Under the pieces are notes generated by a model that did not search any database, was not told the DNA's origin, and saw only the letters and a program-made list of their open reading frames with translations. A stretch of DNA of 64,000 nt from Xylographa opegraphella (taxonomy: Eukaryota): assembly GCA_022813865.1 (NCBI GenBank), contig JALDZX010000003.1:186001-250000 (forward strand). Direction: 5' to 3'. The translations under genes were made by a program, and so were the position numbers. Positions within the stretch are counted from its first letter, which is position 1; every line of letters begins with the position of its first letter. This document shows, piece after piece, positions 51,957 to 64,000 of the stretch.

Positions 51957-53125
51957 GCGGCGGACTCCCTACTTCCCAAGTTTTTTCCTTTTCTCCTTGT
52001 TTTTTTTAAGGGGGGGGGAGGGGGGGGAGAGGGGAATGTAACTCTCTGTCGGTGGCGTGGTGCAAGGCCATTCGCTTGCTTGCGGTAGAGAGAAAGGAAA
52101 TGGATTATTGGGAATTACCGCGAGGTTCATGCTTACTACATCACAACATTTTCCTGCTTGGCCCTCACCCCAACGAATCCTGACTCGCCTCCATCTCCCC
52201 CATCTCCAACCCCCCTTCCAAATACCCCCCGCCCTCGATCGTCTTTCCCCAACCACCAACCTCACCCCACGCCATCTCCTCCTCCTCCGCCGCCGTGTCC
52301 CGCTCGCAGCAGGCGGCATGATACGGGGCAGATCAGAGAAGTATAGGAGATTCGCTCGTACCGGACGGCTGCACGAGCGAGGCACCGTTGCGGGCATCAG
52401 ACCCGGTAGATCAAAGGGCGTTGAGCGTGGTGCGGTGTTTGGATGATATATATGTGGGGGAGAGGGTGTGTGTGAAAGATAGAGGGAGAGTGGGAGTGGG
52501 AGGAGGAAAGAGTGTCACACACACGAGAAGAAGTACCGAATCCTAGGCACACGGCGCACTGCGACCAGGAGACCAGAGAGCAGGAGGATAGTCATCGAAA
52601 GTAAAATACTTGGTACAAAAACCCCAGGTTTCCGATGGAGAGATCGGGAAGGGACGCATGAGGGGACGAAGAATAAGGGCGATCGAGCGGTCCACAAGTG
52701 GAAAACGAAAGTCTACGCAAACGCGGTGAATATCATGAAGTACGCCCCACCCTCACAAGCAACCAAACACTCTTATGCGTCAATTCACCACAATGTACGG
52801 TATGGGAAGCAAAGGCACCGTGAAAGACTGTGTGAGCATTGCATAGGTAGAGAAGCATTAACATAACAGCGATAGCACAGTGATGAAAACTCTACAGCCT
52901 TGATGAAGGCATGTTGAACAAATGTAAATACCGACAACAGTCGAGCCACGCCAAGTGTATTCTAAAAGCGTTGACCACGATCGCCAAGCACTGTAAGGCG
53001 CCACGGATTGCCCATCCTCATGCGGTTCCCCCGCGGCCAACACCATAGATAATGCCATGCGTATCGTGGAGCTCGTAATCCATGATGCGTAAACGTTTCG
53101 ACGGTAAAGTTCGCTGGTGGTGTGT

Positions 53126-55835
53126 TCAGCCCTGATAGCTCCTCCTCGAGCCTTCTTTCTTCAACTTCTCTGGCATTTCCTTCACCAGCCACTCCAGTAC
53201 GGTTTCATAGCACAACACAAACTGCCGGAGCGTTTGTACCATGCTCAGTCTTTGTAAACGTAGATCCTCGACTGTTTTCGCCACCAAGTCAATATTGTCC
53301 TGTTTGACCCAATCTTCCTCGTCGATGTCCATCTCATCCGGGCTCTCTTCCATTTTCATACTGTCTGACTTCACCATTCTCTGCCGTTTGAGGATATCAA
53401 TAACGCTATCGACAGTGCAAAATGTCCCGGTTCGGCCACATCCAGCGCTGCAGTGAACCACAATCGGCCGCTCGCCTTCCCTCGCTGGTAGCTGGGAATT
53501 TTGTGCTTCGGATCCAGCATAGTTTCTGACTACGGCATTGCAGTGCTCCACCAAACCAAGAACTTGAGATGGATGTGCAGGGACACCAAAATCAGGCCAG
53601 CTCGAATACTGTAATTGCGTTATCTCTCGAAGCGGCAGGAATGGGTGGGCTGAATGGCTAAGAGTAAGCTTTCTTATAACGACATGCGGTATGTCGGAGC
53701 TTGGGGATGGTGCTGCATCTTGAAGAGGAGCCCCCAAAGGATTTGTGGCACGTCGCCGCCCTACTCCAGGTCGTTCTGAGGAGCTTGCAACTTGAGCTTT
53801 AATGGATGGTGATAGTTTCGAGGACGACTCAAGAGACACCCGTTGCTCAGAGAGAGCCTTGAGTTTCAATGGCCCATAGTTATCTGGAAGCCAGTACGGA
53901 TGACATTTCCGTTGACCACCTTCGCTTTCTGCGGTCAACATTACTATGACCCTTGCGTCTTGCTCCCATACCACGCGCCAGAAGTCCTGAACAATGGTTA
54001 GATAGAATGCAAATGTTGCGATATAGATGAGTGTACAAACATACCTCAAACGTAGCAGGAATGGGTGCCTGAGTCGCGATATAGTGTCGGTGACTCCACG
54101 CAGCTTTGACATGGCTTGCGTTGATATAATCGCATCCACCAAACGGGACATTCTGCAACCGAACTCTCGAGTGGTCATATGGTAACATATCCTTGTATCT
54201 ATTCTTCGTGCCTTTTTCGATACCGGCGACCTGAACAGAGTCGGGCGATCGCACTGTAGGGGACCCATAAGAAACGTGAGTTGATAAAGCTTTCTGCATT
54301 CGCTGTTGCTCGGCCTTTTCAATCTTCAGAAATCGATCGGCCACCACTTTGCCTTGATCATGATCATCTGCAGCTTCGCGAAGCCATTTTGGCAGTTCCT
54401 CCTTGAGCCTATCAGTCAGAGCAGCAGGATGCTTGATCGCCATTTGTCCAACGCCACCGATCAGGTCCATGTTTTGCCTGATGTTACCAAAAAATGGATT
54501 GGCTGCTGTTTTGCTGGTAGGCATGGGACACCCACCAGCCACCGGCATCGAACCTGCCATCTTGGAGTCGATCGAGAGATTGGTCTTACCGGAATTTTCA
54601 GCCCCATTAGCAGCACTCTTGTCAATGAGATTAGGATACTTCTTGGCAAAATCCGAAAATCCACCTCGAACGACATATGAGGCACCATGCCATCCTTCTT
54701 GCGTGAATTTCTTCAACGTGTTCACGGAAGAAGTTGCGTCTTTCAGCTGCGCAGAGTTCGCATCGTATAGCACAATATAGCTGACCTCCCTCCACTGTGA
54801 GAACTTCGCCTTTTCAACTTCCTGTGTGAATGTATCCGCCAGCCGTTGCACATTGTACGAAGCACGCTTGAGGAGTGTAGTTGGTATGCACAAGTTCATT
54901 GCGCCAGCGATTCGAGACTGCATGAACTGAGGCGAGACTCGCAAGTCAAGTAGCAGTATATTTTGCGATGCTGTTCCATCCAAAAGATCTGCTAGATTCT
55001 GCGAGGAAATCATAGTTGGGCCGTCAGCTTTGAAGGATGAGGGCAGGGTATCCGCACGTCCGTGGTGGTGTTTATCTGACGGGGAAGGTGGATCTAATTT
55101 GTTCTGCGGTAGGGATAATCGTGGATGTCGGTCGTCGACATGAGATATTTGACTTCGGAGCCCAGGCACGTTCATGGGCGACTCGTTTCGGGGTAGGTCA
55201 AAGAAGGAAGGAGCGGCTTGTTGTGCGTTACCAGGTCCCTGTGGCAAGCCCAAATGCTTATCTATTTCCATATCATTCTGTACTTTCGGGAATGTACTTG
55301 TGATCTTGCTCTCCACAACATTCGATCTGGGTGAAGCCAATTCTGAAGGGCTCGAGACTTGAGCTAGATTGCCCAGAGTTGGTACCCGGTCCGCACTGCC
55401 ACCCATGCTGAAATGCGAGAGGTTGCCATGACTCAAGCTGAAGGAGTTGCTTTCCGATTGCTTACGGAAAGCCTCGTATTCCGGTATTGAATCCACGGGA
55501 ACGCCTTTCGGAGACGTGACCGCAGTCGATCGGACAGTCGATGAAGGCGGGCTCCAATTGCTTTTGACGTGTCCCCCAGCATGGGAGTCTGCCTGGTTAT
55601 TGTTATTCTCAACGACGAAGCCAAAGTAGTTCGGACTGGGTGAGCGTATCCCGTGCTGCTGTTTTAAAGGCGAACGAATTTTGGTGGAAAGTAGTGGAGG
55701 TAGAGGCTGGCCAACAGAGACCGGGGATCTAGTAGGCAGCCCATGTGGCGTCGTGGACGATTTTTGATGTGTGCGAGAATGGGTATGAGAAGCCCATGGT
55801 GTGCGGGGAGTTGAGCGTGAGGTGGTGGCGGTCAT
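53126..55835 (-). CDS. Protein tyrosine phosphatase with rhodanese-like domain (Pyp1/Ptp2-Ptp3-type MAPK phosphatase)
   Basis: Rhodanese LLLDLR...SRIAGAMNLCIPTTLLKR; PTP motifs KNRY, DYINAS, YIATQAP, WPDFG, HCSAGCGRTG and QTLRQF; one intron at about 53987-54043. Confidence 0.95.
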
Positions 55836-57037
55836 GTTCGTGATAGCAATAATGACCAAACCGAAGCTGGAGGATCTCGAATGGCCTGTACTTTTTAGAG
55901 GCCTCGTGCCACCGTGCGATCAATAGCGAGGTGGAGCAATGTCATCTGGAATCCACCGAGCCGGCCATAACCGCGGAAGCCCGTGAATGCAGTTGAGAGT
56001 GGTTCGGCAATGCGTCAACGGAAGGTACCAGCTTGGAGCGCAATGATTGTGTTGCTCGACGTCGACAGGGCCAAGCGGAGAAGTGAATTGTGTGGGGTGA
56101 ATAGCGAAGGAAGAAGATAGAGGAGTGTGGAGTGTGGAGGGCGATGAATAGCTGACATGCAAGCTCCGAGGAATTCTAGACCCCTAGACAGTAAACTAAC
56201 TACCTTTTAAGCCAAGTCACTCTCTACCGCACTTGTCTTAGCGAAAGAGGCTCGCGTGCTACGGGGAGATCGAGAAAACGGGCGTGTATCTGGCTTGCGG
56301 GGAGACTGATGACGAGCTCGCAAATCCTCCCCAGGTTCGGAGTCAACGAGATGAGAAAACTCGACGTTCAGTGAGTGAGATTTTGTTGTAACTTTGTCAG
56401 TGCAATTGATCGGAGAGCGGTGAAGTGCAGATGAGGTAGGTAACGTCCGCTTGAAACCCGCCTCCGCCTCAAAGGGCTCTCCCACCTCGTCCCTAATGTT
56501 AGCCGGGGGGCGACTATTCTTAGTTGCAACGAAACGTGCTACCGGACCCCGCCACCATCAGAAGCGGCAGCTTTAACCATGTCGGCAGCCCCATCTACGT
56601 CACTTCTTCGCTTGCCGGGTCCGCAGTCACATGCATGGTCCCACCAGTGGAGCCTACCCTATGGGTCATTTGAATATTGTCCGTGACAAAGGAGTCTGTA
56701 CAAAGCATGCATTTCACTAGACCACCGTATTACTATTGCCTCATGTTGCTCACGGAGCATGTTCCAGTCACTCGGATGATTGGAAATAAAGACTCAGTCT
56801 ATGATTGATGCTGTCAACTCCAGGAGAATATTATTAAACGTCAAATAGGCGCGTGTGACGCATGCCTTGTCGGCCATACCAACATATGTATGTGTGTCGG
56901 CCGTAACCGGAACCATGGCTATCGGAGCCTTGATGGTCCAAACCGTCCTCCAGGCCCCTGTGCCCGGGGCCAACTCCGACCCGATGCTGCCCTGGATCCG
57001 CTATGCATGGTATGTTAATATACAGAATTCCCCCACG

Positions 57038-58456
57038 CTATGCTAAAAGAACCGATTTCTCCAACCGGCTGTCGTCCCGGAACACTCGTTCTTCCACCAG
57101 CGTCGTGACCCGTGCACACCAGGGATCCACGTATGCTGTCCAGAGATGTGCCACGCGGTACAGCGCGAAGTAGAAAAGGGGGAGGGTGAAGAAGAGCAAC
57201 CATCGACTGGTGAGGGGGATCCACCCGGGTGGAAGGTCCGTGCCGTCGCTGGCTTTCCCAGGCGATGGGGGACGCGACGAAGCGCCGTAGAGCATCCAGG
57301 TGAGGAGGGTTCGGATGAGGGGCGCGTGAAGCAGGTACACCGCGAAGCTCATCTTCCCCAACCAGCAGAGCAGCGAGCACGACAGAAGTCGCTTAGCGGT
57401 TGGGTTGACGAACACCCCGAACACGAGGATTTGCGACCCCAGCGCAGGGTAGAAGCGAGCGAACTCTGCCCCTTCCGGGAAAATGTGGCGGCCAAGGCGT
57501 AGTAAGCCGGTCGACCAGCGAGCCCACTCGGGGTGTTGTTCGGGGTAGGAAAGAGTGAAGGCGCCCAGAAAGAAAAGGACGATCGAGAGAAAGGAATAGA
57601 TATGTGGATGGTCGGCAACATGGGCCTGGACATCGGGATCCAAGGTGAGCTCTGCTAAGAGCAGGCCAGCATAGATGTTGATGCCGATTACCGCTGTTTT
57701 CGGTAGTCAGTATTGCAGCAGGGATCAGTATAGCGATAGACGTACCATCTCCCATCTTCCAGTAATAGACGTAGAGAATGGCGTAGATGAGCATCCGATA
57801 CCTCGACTGCACATAGGCCGTTGCCACGACGGTGAGATAGACCAGCATCGATCCTCGCAACAAGTAGCACAGCGTCCACTGTATCCTGTCGTATTCGTTT
57901 CCCCCATTCGTCCATGTCGTGATGAGGTTGTTGAACAGGTCGAAGAAAGCACCGGCGAACGACGAGCTCGGCGAAGGACTCGTATCTCTGATCCACGCCG
58001 ACTCGACGTGCTGAGCCAAGCCGTAGGCCCCGAACTGGCAGACCAGCCAGCTCAAAGTCGTCGCGAGGATTGCCGGAATGATGAAGCGGCCGGTCCTGCG
58101 AAAGGCGCTTTTGGCCACGCCGGAGAGCGCATGATCGATATGGCCGGCTCGCGTCTGCTTGATCGGCTTCAGAGCATTGACATATCCGGCAAGAATGGCG
58201 AAGATGGCTACGCTCGCTCGACCCATGAACGGGATGCGGAGAAAGGGTAGTTGGAGCACGAATGGGGGCAACGACTCGGACATCGCAGGTGAGAGGATGG
58301 CAGGAGCAAGGGAGCGGGTGATGTGTGCAGTCACGACCAGGAGCGACGCGATGCCTCGGAGGCCCTGCGGACCTTGTTAACGCACAGTGACAGAGAGTCG
58401 GGAGTGTGAAGGAGGCTACGAACATCTGCCCAGTTGCTGTCCCGGCTTTGCCTCAT
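57038..58456 (-). CDS. Acyltransferase-3 family membrane O-acyltransferase
   Basis: MRQSRDSNWAD|GLRGIASLLVVTAH, VAIFAILAGYV, FRRTGRF, QWTL and LGKMSFAVYLLH; two introns. Confidence 0.9.
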
Positions 58457-59792
58457 CGTCGAGGTCACTTCTTCCAGCCCGGTGACACCCATTCCATCAG
58501 TGAGGCACAATGAACGGAGCAGAGGGTCGAAGGGGAGCGGATTATGGTGCGAGACAGGATATACGACGACCCTGTTCACGGTCATGAGGGGGGGGGGGGC
58601 TCTACTTTCAAATACTGGTGGTGATCCATCTTCTCGCGCCCGATCCACCTTGCAACAGACAACGCTGCCAAGGTTGCCAAGGGGTGGGCGGATAGGGTCT
58701 GATGCATGTTTGCGCAACACGTCTTCACAACGCAAGTAAAAGTAACGAGGTAGCTTAGCGGGTAACTAACCATGTAAGCGAAGGGCGCCAACTCGCGAAC
58801 AGTGGAATAGTGGTATCTTATCATCCGGCGGCCCCCCCAGTCTCAGACTTCGCAGCCCAGGTTTTGACGCATGCCCGGAGCCCGGTCTGGCAGACGATTG
58901 GGCTTCCGTTCGTGGCACATTAACATAGTCTTGATTTAGGCCGGCGGGCGATCCAGGGGCATGCGGAGGGCGGTCGAAAGGATGGCACCACCTCTGCCTT
59001 CGACTGCGCGCTTGTGGCTTCTGGATCTGACACGATGCATCTCCTACAACACCCAGTTATTGCACGGTAAGCATAGGCATGGCTGCGCATGTTGCAAACT
59101 GCTTCGTGCGTGTCACAACCACGTTAGAACTTCTCTGACTCAGTATGCATGTTTCGGCGGCCACAACGATCCAGTCAGGTATCCTCCGTACATCGCCACC
59201 ACTCCTTGGCCGTGCTTCCGATCCAAGGGCATTGGATGCCAACCCCAGAATTTCCGGAAAACGGCTCGGTAGCTTCCCTTGGCACCGACGTAGAAGGTCG
59301 TTGCACTTTCTTGGCTCCGGCCTCCGGGCTCGGGGGGGGCGCCATCAGATAACGGGAAATTGGGCGTGCTCGTCGGTCGCGTGTCACCTACTAGTCTAGT
59401 ACGGAGTAGTACTGTACGGAGTAAGGTAGCCTCGAACTTTACACCCCCCTTTTCGACAGCAGGAAAACTTAAGAGGGCTGTTTTACGCGTGTCGGTCTTG
59501 GCTGGCAGGAACTTTTCACCTTTGGACTCGGTCGCACCACGGCACATGCTGCATGCAATCTTTATTAATAAATCGGTAACTTTCATTGGCGTTTTTGCCC
59601 CTCTCCACCTGGTCACGCTGCGAAAGGATCTGATTGGGACATCCAAAATTGTTTCCCAGTTTTATGACCCTGCATTACGGCATCTGTTGAAGATACTCGG
59701 AGCTAAGGCATCCACTCCCATCCGCTGATAACACTTTTGATCTCCCGTCCCCATTTTCCCCTGAAGCCGAGCATGATTCAATCTCTGCCTCT

Positions 59793-61110
59793 TCACGGTT
59801 CTCCTGGCCATATGCTGTCTGCGAGTTCTCGGACCAATTTCAACTTCGCAATCATGTCCTCCCTCACGACCGAGTTGCCGGAACTGTGGCTCGCAAATCC
59901 ACATTGTGGGCTAACGCCGAGCCGCTGCAGGGCCTCTTTTTGCGTTTCGTTGTTACCTTCAGCGACATAATCGGCGGCCGAGTATACTTTCTTCTTCATT
60001 TCTTCCAGGTTCTCCAATTTCGGGAACTTGGATGTGATGACCCCAAGAATTACGTTCTTGTGTTTGGGCAGGTGTTTCAAAGGCTCGAAAGTCCCGGCTC
60101 TCTCCGTGTCGTACTCGAGGTAGTACGTGTCCACACTGAGCTGCTGGAACAGCTTCGTGGCTATCCGATCATATCCACCTTCCGAGAAGTGACGGCTGCC
60201 CACGAAGTTTCCTCGGCACAGGTGCACACCCACGTGCATGTCCGCCGGGCGTTTGGAGATGCAGTCGTTGTACAGTTTGATATAGTCGTCGAGTAAATCT
60301 TCCGCCGATTTGGTGTTGCTTTTATCCTCTTTCCAGCCAGCCAACATCTTCTCCGAGCAGAAGTCTGTTCGTTGCTCGTGGTCAGCTTGGCCTGTCTTCG
60401 GGCGTTGGACAACTTACAAGCCAGATTCGGGTCGTCAATCTGGACATTCCGGAGGCCATGATCGTACAGGATTTGCAGTTCGGTTTGATATGCTTTGGCA
60501 ATGTCGGCGAAGTATTCGGCATCGCTCGAGTACACAGTTTTAGGGTACGCCTTGCCCTCCTTGTAGCGAAGATGATACCAATTCGGTGCCGCCAGGGTCA
60601 GCTTGCACTCGTGGACACGGTCCTTGGGCACCAGATTCTTCAGGTATTCCCACTGGTCCACGTATGTACTACCGACATGCTTGATCTTCCCAGTACATAT
60701 CACCGTCTCCCCAGGTTTGTGGCCCGCTTCCGTGAACGCAGCAATGTCGGGGATGTACATGCGAAAGATATCTATATCGGGGTTCTGAATTTCTTCAAAG
60801 CCATCTATCCCGGGGAAGAAGGTGCCCCAGAACACTGTTCCTCGGCTTTAGCAAGCTAAAGCTCACAACGACCTGTCGGAGATGACCTACTATGCCGCCG
60901 GTACTCCCCATCCGAGATGGGATGAAAGCCGAGTTTGATCTGAAGATCGACGATGTCTTTCACCGCATCGTCCTCGATACTGGTGAGCGTCGTCGGCTGC
61001 GCGGTGCCCTTGTCGACCTCCTCCCGGGTTTTGAGGAGGTTCTCGGGGCGCAAAAGGGACCCGAGGTGCTCGGCGCGAAAAGGAGGATTGCGATGCAGTT
61101 TCGCAGCCAT
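59793..61110 (-). CDS. Cobalamin-independent methionine synthase, catalytic-domain-only (Meth_synt_2) protein
   Basis: FRAEHLGSLLRP, SDGEYRR, VQIDDP, Zn ligands HLCRGN / LEYD / SPQCGF; two introns. Confidence 0.93.
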
Positions 61111-62154
61111 GATGCCGTAAGTTTTCTATACTCTTCGATACAAGACTTCTCCTGCTACTGTATCCCCGAATCGATGATTTTCCCACTCTTTTTCCAAAAA
61201 CAATCACAACTTAAACACAAAAAGCCCGTAGAATGACGAATCGGGGAAACAGCCTCTAGGGCACCACCTTATGGCCCGTGGATGAATACCGGCAATGCTC
61301 GAGACGTCATGCCGTAGTTGGACATGGCTCCTTTTCCAGTCTCGACCCTGACCAACCCCACATTTTCCCTTGGGATTGCCCCTCATCGCCCCCGCAGTGA
61401 CCATGAGGCTAGGAAAAATCTGGTAGGAGCCTCGTGCAATTTTGGGAGTGGACACTCGCTGGAAAAGTTCTCAGCCCTTTTGCCAACAACGTGGGATAGG
61501 GATCTCGGGACAAGGTTGGGCCGTTTCTCTTGGCGTTATCATGTTCCACTACCGCGGGAGTTCGATGATCGGATGAGCTCGACTTCCAATCTATCGATCC
61601 TATTACCGTTTCTGGACCATACCTTTATCCCCAAGGTGTAAGGGCAACGGATGGAAAGACGAGCGTAATTGTGCTACGTGGGTAGAATAGATTGTGAGAT
61701 CTTAAAGGCGATCCTCCTACGATAGTAAGCTATGTTTACTTTCTCTGCAGCAAATATTGCAGTCTTTCATCTCCCCCCTGCTGCGACTCCTTCAGCGTTT
61801 CTAGGTCCTTAGAGCTTGTTTGGCCTAGAAAGCTTTCCAAACCACACACGCTGGAAGCATACCCGGATCAAGAAAGTTCGGTCGAGCCACATCGTGAATA
61901 TTTTCAGTTTATCGTGTCAAATGCGTTAGAACTGTTGCCGAAGATATATTCACTTCGGGTATCTAGTTTTCATGTCAATCTTAGCTTGTTTGCACTTTAA
62001 GCTATCCAAAGTTTTCGCGTAATGCTGTTAGTTTGTTGATGTGGTATTCGGTCCTTTCTTGAGCTGCCTTCGAGACTCGTTGGCCTGAGCACAGATCGTG
62101 AATGGTTTCTCTTTATAGTTTACTAATAGAGACTACTTTTGCAATCGATACCGG

Positions 62155-63650
62155 ATGAAGAGATCTCAGCTGGTTTAAGCATTTTAGCTCAACTACTTGT
62201 TGCTGCTGTTAATCACGTTGATGATTACGAATGTTCAAGGCGATGAAGCTCGAAAGTACTGCCCAGCATCAATGCCTAAAGGCTGTCTCGTTCATAATGG
62301 CCGTTGCAGTGCTTCTATTCTTGTCTTTCGACACTGCATTATCTCCTCTTAAGACTCTCTTTCTGCCTTCAGTCATGTGGTGATCCATCTTCCCAGCAAT
62401 GCTAACCTGGACGGCGCTTACTATCGCCACGTCACATCCACAGCTGTTCGTAGTGATTGCAATGAAGGAATTGGTGATTCTAGTTATGATAGTAGAAGTC
62501 CGACTTGTTTCTAACAGTTTTGACTTCTCAGCATTTGTGGTACTTATGAGAAGGTTCTCACGAGGAAGCAAGATCTTCTAAATTCCTTCAACCATCCAAG
62601 GTTCCTCGTTATCGAGACGATATGGAGATGCAGATTGCTCGTGGTACTTCCTGACGACAGTCACCCTGGCCCCAACGTGAGCGAATCTTCGGGAGCTATG
62701 TCTCAATCCTTTGCTCGTCTCGTCAGCACCACTACCGCAGTAGCAACGCTTTACAGCCCCAAAACGGCGACGTCTGATGTCACAGCGAGGTCTGCTTTAC
62801 AAGTACGAGGGCTTCCCTACTGACAATGTCATGGCGACCACAATACTAGTTGTGGTAGGACCAACTCTTACACTTCCGATGGTCACCCATTACAGTGCCT
62901 GCAGCGCCTACTCACCCTTGGGTAGCGCTGATCTTGCATCTCGTTAGACAGACGACAGTCGCACCGTCATGTATACCAACTTATGCATCCGCTTGCTCTG
63001 GTCCAGTCCGATATTCAAGTACATGCTCTTATGTCGTGCCAAAGGCATCAACCACCACTGCGCCCATCCCAAGCACTATGAGCACGACCTATCCGCCTAG
63101 CGTCTCGACCCAAATACAACAGATTCCACAATAGCCGTTGTCACAACCAATTCTACAAGTATTTTTACCACAACGAATGCGACAGTGACTGTCCTGTAAG
63201 GCTGTTCCGCTTTTCATGGTTTTCGAATTTGTCCCCTCAAGTAGCAGCTTCTTGGATCGCACCTCACTAATATTTAGTTCTAGTGAAACAATAACCACAA
63301 CTTACATTTTCTCCACAGCAATCTTTTACGAAGCCTGTGCCTCCCAAATGACAGTCGGTTTCTTACGACAGCATCGGTATCACACTCGCTATCCCTCAAT
63401 GTTCAAGTCAACACTATTTCCGACACCAGCGCCAACAACTGCTCTGTCTCCTGCTTACACATCCCAGGCCATGCCGCCACGGCGTCTTGTGGGCCGCACA
63501 ATGCTTGTTATCTCTTTACCGACGATGGCACATTACACGCGCGGCGGAAAGTGTGGCGGGGATGTTCTTTACATATTCGCAAATAGCGCCCGATGGGATA
63601 TTCTTGGTTTCGATGCGTGGATTTATTTAGAATGGCGGAAGCGATGAGTG
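62155..63650 (+). pseudogene. Probable degenerate secreted Ser/Thr-rich Cys-motif protein gene
   Basis: Fragments GDADCSWYFLTTVT (about 62623), IPTYASACSGPVRYSSTCS (about 62972) and Thr-rich stretches are interrupted by stops and frameshifts. Confidence 0.45.
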
Positions 63651-63887
63651 AGGTTGGGTGTTGCTCCAGCCTGTTGGTCAAAAGTTTTTCGTCGAATAGG
63701 AACTTGTATGGGAGAGATAAGATGGAGTTATTGCTACCATTTATCACGGCTTTGTTTCACCTGTAGAATAATCGCTTCCGGATAATGTTTTGGCCGTCAG
63801 CCCTCCACATTAGGTCGAGAATCAAAGTCGGCATTCTTTCTCGTGGAAGATAGAAATTATCCGACGATTGGAATTTCAAGCCGTAGC

Positions 63888-64000
63888 ATGTTCTTAGATC
63901 GTCTTCCACCTGAGTTGCTTCAATTTATACTTTCTTATCTCGATGTTAGTCCGGCTTCAACCACCAAGTTATACGAAGAGCCCGTTTTGACAACGGACTC
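63888..64000 (+). CDS. F-box domain protein, N-terminal fragment (runs off window)
   Basis: MFLDRLPPELLQFILSYLD matches the F-box pattern L-x-x-LP-x-E-L-x-x-x-I-x-x-Y-L. Confidence 0.7.
   Translation, partial: MFLDRLPPELLQFILSYLDVSPASTTKLYEEPVLTTD

Noticed and set aside
61230..61312. CYS3/MetR-like site upstream of the MetE homolog
   Set aside because: Only half-site matches (GAGACGTCAT, ATGACGAAT) to ATGRYRYCAT; insufficient.
59793..63650. Secondary-metabolite gene cluster (SDR, acyltransferase, MetE-like)
   Set aside because: No PKS, NRPS or terpene synthase backbone in the window, and the genes are interleaved with housekeeping loci.

Overview
Gene-dense 64-kb window of a filamentous ascomycete (Pezizomycotina) nuclear genome, judged from short GT-AG introns with CTRAC branch sites and fungal gene families. 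About 30 protein-coding loci are supported. They include an HSF-type transcription factor, a DUF3245 protein, succinyl-CoA ligase beta, a frameshifted bZIP/DUF3425 gene, an RBR E3 ligase, biotin-protein ligase, Mgm101, an Atg22-like permease, NRDE/TANGO2, HVA22/REEP, DUF202, a SUN glucanase, CDK8/Ssn3, a sugar porter, an RRM protein, a C-N hydrolase, eIF3L, a Con-10-like KGG protein, a Uma2-like nuclease-fold protein, an SDR, a rhodanese-PTP phosphatase, acyltransferase-3, a half-size MetE and the start of an F-box gene. No tRNA, rRNA, CRISPR array or recognisable transposon was found. Three observations stand out. (1) A cluster of three, possibly four, highly diverged small paralogs at 8.9-13.0 kb shares a motif set and intron position, is predicted to have a beta-grasp (ubiquitin/PB1-like) fold, and lies next to the RBR ligase. 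(2) A structured non-tRNA element at about 6.17-6.43 kb has Pol III promoter and terminator signals. (3) A stand-alone RAMA-like domain gene lies at 23.7-24.7 kb. All family assignments come from motif recognition by eye, not database searches.
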